Source: Pavona decussata (Eukaryota). From it: a stretch of DNA of 64,000 bases. Position 1 is the stretch's first letter; each line of letters starts with the position of its first letter. Shown here piece after piece: positions 62,941 through 64,000 of the stretch. Under the pieces are notes generated by a model. The model had not been told where the DNA came from and did no database searches. It saw only the letters and a list, made by a program, of their open reading frames with translations. The DNA is taken from assembly GCA_977016875.1 (NCBI GenBank), contig CDRNST010000051.1:5270001-5334000 (forward strand), written 5' to 3'. A program made the position numbers and the translations under genes.

Positions 62941-64000
62941 TTAAGCGCCAAAATAAACTCCGGGAGATTTAATCCACTGGATGCCCTGTTCTGATTGGCT
63001 TTTCACTGAACAATATCTTAGCGCTAAGTGGCTCTCCATTAATTTCCAGTTGCTCTCCAACTGATATTTGCGAGCAATGGGAAAGGATTCACTGCTTGAA
63101 TCAGCAGATGAATGCATGACAAACCCTTAAGGCATCTACGGGAGAGGCTAGGTGTTTTCAGGCCTTTGGCCTTCGATAAAATCATGCACTACAGCTAAGA
63201 ACTGTTGCCCTTTGTTGGGTCTTTTCATTGACTTTTCATGTTCATCAATGTTTTGGATATTTCCAGTCTTTATGACCTCGTCTATATCATCAGGATAATA
63301 AAATGCACTCTCGCTATGCCATCCAGGGCTGTTTGACGCCATGAAGTAGTGAGTTAAAGCCTTATAAAGATAAAAAATTTTTACAGAATACTTTCAATTT
63401 TGGTGAACAAGTGGACAAAAACTCAACCTAGCGTTACGGTGCCTGTGGGCAAAGGAAAGGAAATCTTGATCGCCTTAAGAACCAATCATATTGCAGTATT
63501 CATTACCATACCAACTTGGAAAATATATTTATTTTCTGTAACAAATTGAGAAAAGGATGATTATCTACTCAAAATACGTGAAATAATGATGGTAATTACT
63601 GTCAACATTTCTTGTCAGTATGTTGATTTTCCTTCTGTGCCAAAAAAAATTAAACTATTAATTTTGTAATCAGTCGCCATTCCTAGTGAGGACAGCTTTT
63701 ATTGTAGCAGCAACGAAAATGTCTCCAATTTCTCCATGATTAGAAACAAGGTACTGTTGATAACATTGTTCTGATCCCATTTCCACTTCAGCATGGCTTC
63801 CATTCTGACCTTTTTCTTCTACTTTGGAGATCACCTCTTCTATGAATTTTATGATTTCATGTTTCCTCTTTCGCTTCTTTATTCAGTCGTTTGTTTGCAC
63901 TTTCTGTCTAGTTGCTGGGGTCTTTGATTGTGCTTCGTCTTGGGAATATTCTTCTTGTTGATTCTCATTTTCAGCGACACTGGTCCTTGAAATTAAGAGC
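62941..64000 (+). repeat. Copy 2 of the ~1-kb duplication (runs off the window)
   Basis: Colinear with 44989-46003. Confidence 0.85.

Overview
AT-rich eukaryotic (animal) genomic DNA with spliceosomal introns. The TE repertoire suggests an anthozoan/stony-coral-like invertebrate, but this is inference only. I found no clearly intact host gene. The window is a dense mosaic of decayed and nested mobile elements: CR1/L2 and L1/Tx1 LINEs, BEL/Pao, two Penelope-like elements each with a hammerhead ribozyme, several Kolobok elements, Sola2/Sola3, an ISL2EU-type YqaJ gene, CACTA-like and RAG1/Transib-like DDE transposases, Cryptons, a P element, piggyBac and MITEs. It also holds three unusual passengers: an endogenous parvovirus NS1 (HUH + SF3 helicase), a DUX-like PRD-class homeobox pseudogene, and a 259-bp tRNA-containing repeat with a fold-back inversion. 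The main higher-order signal is orientation: by my count about 30 independent coding fragments lie on the minus strand and only about 4-5 on the plus strand. That is the architecture expected of a flamenco-like unistrand piRNA cluster transcribed from the + strand (hypothesis). Family assignments come from motif recognition by eye, not database searches. There is an assembly gap of 130 N at 42672-42801.
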